DNA of 64,000 nt, from positions 832,001-896,000 of the forward strand of contig CAXXWS020000002.1 in assembly GCA_963665325.3 (NCBI GenBank). Reading direction: 5' to 3'. This stretch comes from Alphaproteobacteria bacterium (GTDB lineage Bacteria; Pseudomonadota; Alphaproteobacteria; Bin95). Below, one piece after another: positions 54,305-62,907 of this stretch. Below the pieces are notes generated by a model, which had not been told where the DNA came from, made no database searches, and was given only the letters and a program-made list of their open reading frames with translations. Position 1 is the stretch's first letter. Each line of letters starts with the position of its first letter. The position numbers and the translations under genes were made by a program.

Positions 54305-55819
54305 ATGGACGACTTCCAAGGCCGTCCCTTGCCGGAACCGGCCGAACCGGCCGGTTACTCATGGCTGATCGATTGTTACGGCCTCAATTTGCCTTTACCC
54401 CCGAGACTGGTCGCAGTTGCCCGGCGCGACCACCCGCACACGACGCCGGATTGGTTACTGTTGCGGCCTTCCCGCCGCCCGCAGCCGACGCTGGCGGAGC
54501 ATCTGGCGTTCGCCCTCCGGCGGGAGGGGATCGATCTTTCCGTGTTGGACGCCCTGTTCGCAAGCGTGCCCGCCGGGGAGGTGGCAGAAGTGGTGCGCGC
54601 GCAGCCGAGCAGCGTGTTATCCCGCCGACTCTGGTTCGTCTACGAGTGGCTGACCGGCGAGCGGCTCGACCTGCCGGACGCCCAGGCGGGGCGCTATGTC
54701 CCGGCAGTGGACACCCGTCTGCAGTTCGCGTTGTCCGAAGGCGAGCGTTCGCGACGCCACAAGGTCTTCAACAACCTGCCCGGCACGCCTGCCTTCTGCC
54801 CTATGGTGCGGCGCACGCCGGCGCTCGATGCAGTTCGAGCCCTGCAACTCGATGCGCGCGCCCGCGATACCGCCGGCCGGGTGCATCCCGACCTGATGGC
54901 GCGCGCGGCAGCGTTCCTCCTGCTCAACGACACGAAGTCGTCCTTTGCGATCGAGGGCGAACGGCCATCCAGTGCCCGCGCCGCCCGATGGGGCCGGGCA
55001 GTCGCCGAGGCCGGACAGCGAGCGTTCGACCGCGCCGAACTGGAGCGCCTCCAGCGCATCGTTATTGAGGATGCGCGCTTCGTGCGGCTCGGCCTTCGCG
55101 ACGAAGGCGGCTTCGTGGGGCTTCATGACCGGATCGACCGCTCGCCGCTGCCCGACCATATCAGCGCCCGTCCGCAGGATTTACCGGGCCTGGTGGACGG
55201 GATCGCCGCCTGGTGCGGCCGCGCCGCGGCTGGCGGTCTGGACCCGGTCGTCGCGGCGGCCGCGGCGGCTTTCGGTTTCGTCTATGTCCATCCGTTTGAG
55301 GACGGGAACGGCCGCATCCACCGCTGGCTCATCCACCATGTTCTGGCGGCGGCGGGCTACACCCCACCCGGCGTCGTGTTCCCCGTCAGCGCGGCCATTC
55401 TGAGCCGTATCGAGGACTACCGCCGGGTGCTCGAATCCCGCTCATCCGCCCTGCTGCCGTTCATCGACTGGCGGGCGACCGAGAACGGCAATGTGGAGGT
55501 GACAAACGACACGGCCGCCTTCTACCGCTATTTCGACGCGACGGCCCATGCAGAGTTCCTCTACGAGTGCATCGAACGGACGGTGGAAGAGGACCTGCCG
55601 CGCGAAATCCGCTTCCTCATCGCCTTCGACCACTTCGCCGCCGGCGTGAAGGACATGGCGGACATGCCCGACCGCCGGGTGGAGCAGCTGCGCGGCTTCC
55701 TGGAGCAGAATGACGGCAGGCTTTCCGCCCGCGCCCGCAGCCGGGAGTTTGCGGCCATGACCGACGAAGAGGCCGCCCGCGTCGAGCGGCTTTATGCGGA
55801 AAGCTTCGGGGAGCCGTAA
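54305..55819 (+). CDS. Fic family protein (504 aa, class II architecture)
   Basis: Catalytic HPFEDGNGRIHR and upstream inhibitory-type SFAIEG motif. Confidence 0.92.
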   Translation: MDDFQGRPLPEPAEPAGYSWLIDCYGLNLPLPPRLVAVARRDHPHTTPDWLLLRPSRRPQPTLAEHLAFALRREGIDLSVLDALFASVPAGEVAEVVRAQPSSVLSRRLWFVYEWLTGERLDLPDAQAGRYVPAVDTRLQFALSEGERSRRHKVFNNLPGTPAFCPMVRRTPALDAVRALQLDARARDTAGRVHPDLMARAAAFLLLNDTKSSFAIEGERPSSARAARWGRAVAEAGQRAFDRAELERLQRIVIEDARFVRLGLRDEGGFVGLHDRIDRSPLPDHISARPQDLPGLVDGIAAWCGRAAAGGLDPVVAAAAAAFGFVYVHPFEDGNGRIHRWLIHHVLAAAGYTPPGVVFPVSAAILSRIEDYRRVLESRSSALLPFIDWRATENGNVEVTNDTAAFYRYFDATAHAEFLYECIERTVEEDLPREIRFLIAFDHFAAGVKDMADMPDRRVEQLRGFLEQNDGRLSARARSREFAAMTDEEAARVERLYAESFGEP

Positions 55820-55840
55820 TCCAGCCCCGGCCGCTTCTCC

Positions 55841-56965
55841 CTACAATGCGGCGTAGCGCCTGAGGTGGTAGTCGTTGTCGCCGAAGCTGCGGTCGATCAT
55901 GGTGAGGCGCTTGAAATAGTGGCCGGCGGCATATTCGTCGGTCATGCCGATGCCGCCGTGAAGCTGGATCGACTGCTGGCCGACATAGCGGGCCGACTTA
56001 CCGATCTGCACCTTGGCGGCGGACATCGCCTTCTTGCGAGCGTCCGCATCGTCCTCGTCGATCCGCATCGCTGCCATCATCGCCATGGACTTCGCCTCCT
56101 CATGCGCGATGAACATATCGACCATGCGGTGCTGCAGGACCTGGAAGCGCCCGATGGGCTGGCCGAACTGCTCGCGCGTCTTGAGGTATTCGAGCGTCAT
56201 GTCGTTCAGCGTGCCCATGAGGCCGACCGCCTCCGCCGACACCGCCGCGATTGCCCGGTCCACAACTTCCTCGACGGTGGCGAGACCGCCATCCACGTCG
56301 CCCAGCACGCCCCGGGCCGGTGTGTTGTCGAGCGTCACCTCACCGGCCCGGAGGCCGTCGGCGGTCGGATAGCCTCGCACGGAAAGACCGGCTGCGTCCT
56401 TGTCCACCAGGAAGAGGGTGATGCCTTCTGCATCGCGGGAGCCGCCAGCGGTCCGTGCCGACACCACGAACCGGTCTGCGGTCGGGGCGCCGAACACGAC
56501 GCTCTTCATGCCGGAGAGTTTGTAGCCGCCATTGGACTTCGCGGCCCGGACCTCGACGTCCTGGAGGTTGTAGCGCGCCTGGCGTTCGGCGAAGGCGAAG
56601 GCGAGCTTGCACTGGCCTTCCGCGACGGCAGGCAGGATTTCCGCCTTCTGCTCGTCGGAGCCGGCAAGCGTAACCGCGCCGCCGCCCATGACCACGGTGG
56701 ACAGGTAAGGCTCGGCGACCAGGCCGTTGCCGATGGCCTCCATGACGACCATCGTCTCGACGCCGGACATGCCGAGGCCGCCATGCTCCTCCGGGAAGGG
56801 GATGCCGAGCCAGCCGAGCTCCGCGAATTGCCGCCAGTGCGCGTCGGCATAGCCCTGCTCGGTAGCCACCAGCTGGCGCCGCTGCTCAAAGCTGTAGTTC
56901 TCGCGCACGAAGCGCTGCACGCTCTCCTGCAGGAGTTGCTGGTCCTCGGAATAGTCGAAGTCCAT
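55841..56965 (-). CDS. acyl-CoA dehydrogenase (PimD-like small subunit)
   Basis: MDFDYSEDQ, REQFGQPIGRFQVLQHR, QLHGGIGMTDEY. Confidence 0.88.
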   Translation of the reverse strand: MDFDYSEDQQLLQESVQRFVRENYSFEQRRQLVATEQGYADAHWRQFAELGWLGIPFPEEHGGLGMSGVETMVVMEAIGNGLVAEPYLSTVVMGGGAVTLAGSDEQKAEILPAVAEGQCKLAFAFAERQARYNLQDVEVRAAKSNGGYKLSGMKSVVFGAPTADRFVVSARTAGGSRDAEGITLFLVDKDAAGLSVRGYPTADGLRAGEVTLDNTPARGVLGDVDGGLATVEEVVDRAIAAVSAEAVGLMGTLNDMTLEYLKTREQFGQPIGRFQVLQHRMVDMFIAHEEAKSMAMMAAMRIDEDDADARKKAMSAAKVQIGKSARYVGQQSIQLHGGIGMTDEYAAGHYFKRLTMIDRSFGDNDYHLRRYAAL

Positions 56966-57002
56966 GGGCCTGTTCCCGTTCCTTCCCGTCGTAGGATGCC
57001 GC

Positions 57003-58172
57003 CTAGAGGCCGAGCACGGCCTTGGCGATGATGTTGCGCTGGATTTCGTTCGAGCCGCCGTAGATCGACGCCTTGCGCCAGTCGAAATAGAAGGCTGTGG
57101 CGCCGGCCGCCTCGCTCGGGCCGACCGGCGGCTCGTTCCAGCCCTGGGCGAGCGCGCGCTCAATGAAGGGATGCGCGAAATAGCCCTGCGCCTCCATCAG
57201 CAACTCCATCACATCCTGCTGGATTTCGGTGCCGCGGATTTTCAGCAGTGAGGCTTCCGGCCCGATCTCGTCGTCGGCTTCCTTCGCCGCCACCATGCGC
57301 AGGAAGGACCAGCGTAGGTCCTCCAGCGCCGCTCCGGTCTCGGCGATGCGGCGCGAGAAGTCCGGGTCGCGGCCGTCGTCGATCTCCTCCAGCCGGTCGA
57401 GCCGCTGGCGGCAGAGGCCGATGCCGGCCGTGCCGGAGCGTTCGTGGCCGAGCAGGTATTTGGCGCAGGTCCACCCCTTGCCCTCGTCGTAAATGCGCTC
57501 GGAGACCGGCACGCGGACATCCTCGAAGATCACCTCGTTGAAGTCCGACATGCGGCTGAAGCGCTCGATCGGGCGCACCGTCACTCCGGGGAGCGACATG
57601 TCGATCAGCAGGACCGAGATGCCGTCCTGCTTCTTGCCGGAACTGTCGGTGCGCACCAGCGCGAAGCACCAGTCCGCCCAGTCGGCATTGGTCGTCCAGA
57701 TCTTGCGCCCGTTGACGATGTAATGGTCGCCGTCGCGCACCGCCTGGCAGCCGAGGGAAGCCAGGTCCGAGCCCGAGTTCGGCTCCGAATAGCCCTGGCA
57801 CCAGATGACCTCGCTGGAGAGGATGCCCGGCAGGTGGCGCATCTTCTGCTCCTCCGTGCCGAAGGCGAGCAGTACCGGCCCGACCATTTGCGGACCGAAG
57901 GGCACCGGCCCCGGCGCGCAGGCGAGGTAGCTTTCCTCCTCGAAGATGAACTTCTGCGACGGCGTCCAGCCCGGTCCGCCGGCGGCCTCCGGCCAGTTGG
58001 GACACATCCAGCCCCTGTCGGAGACCGTGCGCATCCAGTCCACGACATCCCCGCGCGTGAGCAGGCTGCCGTCTCTTACCTTGTCGCGCACGTCCTTGGG
58101 GAGCCGGTCTCCAATAAAGGCGCGTACCTCTTCGCGGAAGGCGCGGTCTTGCTGTGCTATTTCCATGTGCAT
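57003..58172 (-). CDS. acyl-CoA dehydrogenase (PimC-like large subunit)
   Basis: WCQGYSEPNSGSDLAS, SIYGGSNEIQRNII. Confidence 0.88.
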   Translation of the reverse strand: MHMEIAQQDRAFREEVRAFIGDRLPKDVRDKVRDGSLLTRGDVVDWMRTVSDRGWMCPNWPEAAGGPGWTPSQKFIFEEESYLACAPGPVPFGPQMVGPVLLAFGTEEQKMRHLPGILSSEVIWCQGYSEPNSGSDLASLGCQAVRDGDHYIVNGRKIWTTNADWADWCFALVRTDSSGKKQDGISVLLIDMSLPGVTVRPIERFSRMSDFNEVIFEDVRVPVSERIYDEGKGWTCAKYLLGHERSGTAGIGLCRQRLDRLEEIDDGRDPDFSRRIAETGAALEDLRWSFLRMVAAKEADDEIGPEASLLKIRGTEIQQDVMELLMEAQGYFAHPFIERALAQGWNEPPVGPSEAAGATAFYFDWRKASIYGGSNEIQRNIIAKAVLGL

Positions 58173-58240
58173 GACGTCCCTCCCTCACCCGCGGGCGAAG
58201 CTACGGCCTTCACCCTGTCAAGACAAGCGGCCGGCCCGCT

Positions 58241-58576
58241 TCAGAACATCCGCCCGCCATCGGGCACGGGGCGTTCCGGTGCCAGCAGCACGACCTCTCC
58301 GTCCTTGTCGGGAAAGCCCAGCACCAGCACTTCGGACATGAACTTGCCGATCTGCTTTGCCGGAAAGTTGACCACGCCCGCAACCTGGCGTCCGACCAGC
58401 GTCTCCGGGTTGTAATGGACGGTGAGCTGGGCGGACGTCTTGCGCTCGCCGATCTCGGGGCCGAAATCCACCCAGAGCTTGATCGACGGCTGGCGCGCCT
58501 CCGGGAAAGGCTCCGCGCGCGTCACGGTGCCGACCCGGATATCGACCTTGAGAAAGTCGTCGAATGAAATCGCCAC
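58241..58576 (-). CDS. csaA: tRNA-binding / export chaperone CsaA
   Basis: FDDFLKVDIRVG, SAQLT, VNFPAKQIGKFMSEVLVLG. Confidence 0.92.
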   Translation of the reverse strand: MAISFDDFLKVDIRVGTVTRAEPFPEARQPSIKLWVDFGPEIGERKTSAQLTVHYNPETLVGRQVAGVVNFPAKQIGKFMSEVLVLGFPDKDGEVVLLAPERPVPDGGRMF

Positions 58577-58671
58577 GCTCGCGTCCCCCCGGCTTCGAAG
58601 CGGCGCGGACCATGGCGCAGGCCCGGTCCCGACGCAAGGCGACCCGGCTGCCGGCGCGTTCGGGACGGACT

Positions 58672-58848
58672 TCAGGCGTCGTCTGTCGGCTCATTCAGCC
58701 GTTTGCCGTCGAGTTCCCGTTCGCGGAGGCGGGCGTCCGGGTCCGGACGGGCTGCTCTCTGCTGAGCGCGCCGGTCCTTCGCCTTCTTCTTCCTCGTCGC
58801 GCGGCCTGCGGCCTTGCGCGCCTTGTTCAGATTGACGATCTCCGCCAC
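58672..58848 (-). CDS. DUF4169-like small basic protein
   Basis: VAEIVNLNKARK N-terminus and LDGKR near the C-terminus; divergent from the AsmA-like gene. Confidence 0.6.
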   Translation of the reverse strand: MAEIVNLNKARKAAGRATRKKKAKDRRAQQRAARPDPDARLRERELDGKRLNEPTDDA

Positions 58849-58913
58849 CCGCCCGCCCGCTTCGTGTAAGTTCCGGGTCTCGCTGACGCAGACCCTATCA
58901 CCGTCGGAGCGCA

Positions 58914-61709
58914 ATGCGCAGACTTCCCGTCATCGCGATGGCCGTCGTGCTGACGGCGGCCGGTCTTGCGGCCGCCGCTTGGCTGGGTCCCCGCGCTCTG
59001 GACTGGTCGCACCTGGAGCTGCGTATCCGGGACGCGCTCGGCCGGGAGGTTTCGCTGAACGGCCCGATCCGGTTCGCGCTGCTGCCGCGGCCTGAATTGA
59101 CGATTGCCGGCGTCTCGGCCATCGACATCGATATCCGGGAGGTGAGGGCCGTTCTGGATACCGGGGCATTGCTGGCCGGCAGTCTCGAGATCCGCACGCT
59201 GCAGTTGACCGGCGTCGAACTCACCTTCGACCGATCGCTGATGAGGCCGTTGCCGCCGCTTTCCGCGCGCCGCATCCGCGTTGAGGACAGCACCGTCATA
59301 TTCGGGGATACGGTGGTGCCGGTCGAGACCGCAACACTGACGCTCAAGGGGCCGGAAGGCCCCTACCGCCTGGAAGCCGAGGCGGCACTGGACGGGCGGC
59401 GATTTCGGATCGCGGCGTCGGCCGGAGCATGGCAAGACCGGATCCCTGCAACAATTTCGTTCGACAATGACGGCTTCGAGGCGGTCGCGGTCGGCGCAAT
59501 TGCAACAGAACCGACGGCCGGCTTCGTTTTTTCCGGGCAACTCGCCGCACATGGGGAAGCCGCGTCGGGATGGAATGGCACATTCGATGCGGAGGTCGGG
59601 CTCGGTCCCGACGGTGCCGAGTTCACCGGCGTGGATGCCGTGGTCGGGGACCAGCGCTTCTCAGGCACGATAAGGGCGGACTGGCGGGAGGGTTCGACAA
59701 TCGACGCCCGCCTTTCGACAACTCTGCTCTCATTCGACGGCTGGCGGGATCGGTTCCGGCAACTCGCTGGCGCCGTGCCGGGTGCGCGCCTGCGCATCGG
59801 CCTCAATGCCGGCGCCGTGAAATCCGGCCAATGGACGGCGCGGCGGGTCGAGGCGGCATTCCGCCGCGACGCGGACGGGTTTGCGGTGGAAGCATTCGCC
59901 GCTGCGCTGCCGGGCGGAACGCAGGTGGAGATCACCGGAAACGGGCATGAGAGCGCCGCATTCTCCCTCAAGACGAAAAATCTGCGCGCGCTGTTGCTCT
60001 GGATCGGGATCGAGCCGGGCACCGTCGAGGAGGCCCGGCTGCGAAACTTCGAAGCCCGGGGCCGGCTCCGGCTTGCCGGAAAGGGCATTTCGTTCGAAGA
60101 CCTACGGGCGCGCTTCGAACGCGGCGATTTTGCATTTGAGGAGGTCCGGGGCCGGCTCGACGGCTCGCGAATCGAAGGCCGGTTCGCCCGGCGTGAAGGA
60201 GTGTTCGAAGCAAGACTGAACGCCGAGAACCTGCCGCTCGACCCCTATCGCCCGGCGTTCGAGGGCCGCTGGCCGAATCCGGGCGCGCTGCATCTCGATC
60301 TTGCCCGCACCCGGCTCTTTGGCGTTTCCGCAGGCAGGCTGCAACTGGCTGCCGAAATCGGAAAGGAGGGCAGGATCGCAGTGTCCCGGCTCGCCGTAGA
60401 GGAGGCCGGCGGCCTCTCGGTAGAGGGAAGCGCCAGCTTCGGCGCTGAGACCGCCTCGTTCCGGGTTTCGGGCCGGACCACCGATCTCGACCGAAGCGCA
60501 AACCTCTATGGCTTTCCTCTGCCGGTCGTCGCGCGCGGCCTCGGCGCCGTCGAATTCGAGGGGAGCGGCGAGGGGCCTTCGGACATGCTCCCGATAGACT
60601 TCCGGGCAAGCGCCGGCAGCCGGTCGTTTCGTGTTTCGGGGGATCTCGCTGAACGGGCGCGCTTTCAGGGGCGTGTCGAGCTGGAAGGCCCGCTGCCGCA
60701 CGGTTTGCGGCTGCCCGACAACGATAGTCCCGTAGTGCTGGCGGCATCGGTTTCGGCAACGCGCGACCAGGCTGAACTCGCCGACATCGACTTCCGGCTC
60801 GGAACGGTCCGGGTGCAGGGAAGCGGCTCCCTCTTGCTGGGCGGCGCACGGCCGTCGGCCAAGTTCGCGCTCGCGGCCGGGCGCGTCGATCTGCCCGCAC
60901 CGTCGCTGGATGTTCCGGTCTGGCGGCGCAGGCCGTTGGAGACCGGGCAGTTCGGAGCGTTCGACCTGGGCCTGGACCTTGCGGTCGAGGCGCTTGGCAT
61001 TGGCGGCGAGGTGCTGGACGACCTCAGGCTGGATCTTTCGCTCGCGCCCGAAGCTTGGCTGGTGAATGCCGCCGGCGCCGGCTGGCGGGGCGGGAGGTTG
61101 GCGCTCGAAGGCGGCTACCTGGCGAAGGATGGGCGCGCGCGTCTGAAACTGGATTTGCATGATGCCGTCTTGCCGCAACGCGGCGGTGTCGGCCCAAGCG
61201 GCGCCCGGACCGATGCACTTCTGGACCTGACGGCAGAAGGCCGTAGCCTGCACAGCCTGATCTCCACGCTCTCCGGCGCGGCGCGGTTCGAATTTTCCGG
61301 CGGGCGGCTGAACGGCGTCGATCCTGCCGGTGCGAGCAGCGCGCTGGACGAAGCGTCCACCTCGGCGGAAATGCTGCGCCGTTTGCGGATGGCGCTGATT
61401 TCGGGCGACAGCCCGCTCGTTTCGGGGCGCCTGGAGGCCCGCATTCAGGGAGGCGTCGCCAAACCGGTCGCCGGCAACTTTGCGCTTGCGGGCGGGCAGG
61501 TCGCGGTCTCCGGGTCGGCCGACCTGCAGCGCCGCCTGATCGACCTTGCTGGCCGGCTTGCCTTCCCCGACAGGCCGGAGGCGCTGCCGCTCGGGTTCTC
61601 CATCGCCGGCCCGCTGCATGCTCCCGACCGCCGCCCGGAAGTCGGGGCCGTCGAGGCGCTGCTCTTGTCCGACGGCGTGGCTGGACTCCTCAGATCGAAC
61701 GGGAACTGA
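58914..61709 (+). CDS. AsmA-family protein
   Basis: N-terminal anchor, LGREVSLNGPIRFALLPRP, long beta-rich body, C-terminal IAGPLHAP. Confidence 0.8.
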   Translation: MRRLPVIAMAVVLTAAGLAAAAWLGPRALDWSHLELRIRDALGREVSLNGPIRFALLPRPELTIAGVSAIDIDIREVRAVLDTGALLAGSLEIRTLQLTGVELTFDRSLMRPLPPLSARRIRVEDSTVIFGDTVVPVETATLTLKGPEGPYRLEAEAALDGRRFRIAASAGAWQDRIPATISFDNDGFEAVAVGAIATEPTAGFVFSGQLAAHGEAASGWNGTFDAEVGLGPDGAEFTGVDAVVGDQRFSGTIRADWREGSTIDARLSTTLLSFDGWRDRFRQLAGAVPGARLRIGLNAGAVKSGQWTARRVEAAFRRDADGFAVEAFAAALPGGTQVEITGNGHESAAFSLKTKNLRALLLWIGIEPGTVEEARLRNFEARGRLRLAGKGISFEDLRARFERGDFAFEEVRGRLDGSRIEGRFARREGVFEARLNAENLPLDPYRPAFEGRWPNPGALHLDLARTRLFGVSAGRLQLAAEIGKEGRIAVSRLAVEEAGGLSVEGSASFGAETASFRVSGRTTDLDRSANLYGFPLPVVARGLGAVEFEGSGEGPSDMLPIDFRASAGSRSFRVSGDLAERARFQGRVELEGPLPHGLRLPDNDSPVVLAASVSATRDQAELADIDFRLGTVRVQGSGSLLLGGARPSAKFALAAGRVDLPAPSLDVPVWRRRPLETGQFGAFDLGLDLAVEALGIGGEVLDDLRLDLSLAPEAWLVNAAGAGWRGGRLALEGGYLAKDGRARLKLDLHDAVLPQRGGVGPSGARTDALLDLTAEGRSLHSLISTLSGAARFEFSGGRLNGVDPAGASSALDEASTSAEMLRRLRMALISGDSPLVSGRLEARIQGGVAKPVAGNFALAGGQVAVSGSADLQRRLIDLAGRLAFPDRPEALPLGFSIAGPLHAPDRRPEVGAVEALLLSDGVAGLLRSNGN

Positions 61710-62907
61710 GCCGGACCGCGTGCATGCCCGCAGCCTGCAGGGCTTCCAGGACCTGACCGACATGGGCTTCGTCCCGGGTTTCCAGCGCAACCTCGATGTC
61801 GGTGAGCTTGATCGGCACATCCTCGAACCAGCGCTGATGCTGGACCTCGACGATATTGCCGCCCGCCCTGGCAATCGCGGCGGTGGCGCGGGCGAGCCCG
61901 CCCGGCTGGTCCTGAATTTCGATGCGCAACCGTACCAGCCGCCCGCCGCGCACCAGGCCGCGCATCAGCACGGAGGCCAGCAAGCGGGCGTCGATATTGC
62001 CGCCCGAGACTACCAGGCCGACGCGCCGGCCGTGAAAGCGTTCGGGGTGGGACAGCACGGCGGCGAGCGCGGCGGCGCCTGCCCCCTCGGCCACGGTTTT
62101 CTCGATCTCGGCGAGAAGTTGCACCCCCTGTTCCATCGCCGCTTCATCGACGAGCAGGATGTCTTCGACCAGTTCGCGCACCAACGGCAGGGTCAGCGCG
62201 CCTGGCCGCTTGACAGCGATGCCCTCGGCGATGGTCGGGCCGCCCGGCGGCGGGGCAAGGCCGCGCAGTGCGTGGTGCATGGAGGGGTAGCCGGTCGCCT
62301 CGACGCCTATGACGCGGGTCTCGGGGCTGAGCGCCTGCGCGGCCAGTGCAATGCCGGCGATGAGCCCGCCGCCGCCGACGGGCACGACCAGGAAATCGAG
62401 GGCTGGCACGGCGCGCAGCATTTCCAGCCCGACGGTGCCCTGTCCCGCGACGATGCGCGCATCGTCATAGGGATGCACGAAGGTCAGGCCCTCCGCCTCT
62501 GCACGCTCGTGAATGAACGTCTCGCCCTCGGAGATGGTCTCGCCTCTCAGGATCACCTCCGCACCCAGAAACTCCGCCGCCCGGACCTTGCTGAACGGTG
62601 TCGCCTCCGGCATCACGATGGTGGCCGGAACGCCCATCCGCTTGGCGTGGTAGGCGACGCCCTGGGCATGGTTGCCGGCCGAAAGCGCAATGACGCCCGC
62701 CCGGCGCTGGGCCTCGTCGAGCTCGGCGAGGTAAATGTAGGCTCCCCGGTCCTTGAACGACGCTGTGTATTGCCGGTTCTCGAATTTCAGGAAGAGCTCG
62801 GCCCCGGAAATCGCGCTCAGCGTCTCGGACCGTAGGAACGGCGTGCGGACAATGCGCCCTTCCAGCAGGCGATCGGCCGCTTCGATGTCGGCGAAGGAAA
62901 TACTCAT
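61690..62907 (-). CDS. threonine ammonia-lyase with C-terminal ACT domain
   Basis: KFENRQYTASFKDRG, SAGNHAQG, VGGGGL, SGGNID, DQPGGL ACT motif. Confidence 0.92.
   Translation of the reverse strand: MSISFADIEAADRLLEGRIVRTPFLRSETLSAISGAELFLKFENRQYTASFKDRGAYIYLAELDEAQRRAGVIALSAGNHAQGVAYHAKRMGVPATIVMPEATPFSKVRAAEFLGAEVILRGETISEGETFIHERAEAEGLTFVHPYDDARIVAGQGTVGLEMLRAVPALDFLVVPVGGGGLIAGIALAAQALSPETRVIGVEATGYPSMHHALRGLAPPPGGPTIAEGIAVKRPGALTLPLVRELVEDILLVDEAAMEQGVQLLAEIEKTVAEGAGAAALAAVLSHPERFHGRRVGLVVSGGNIDARLLASVLMRGLVRGGRLVRLRIEIQDQPGGLARATAAIARAGGNIVEVQHQRWFEDVPIKLTDIEVALETRDEAHVGQVLEALQAAGMHAVRLSSRSI

Noticed and set aside
53942-54362. Minus-strand ORFs rich in F/L/P/H/C over the repeat array
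   Set aside because: They are open in all three frames because the strand is pyrimidine-rich; low-complexity shadows of the array.
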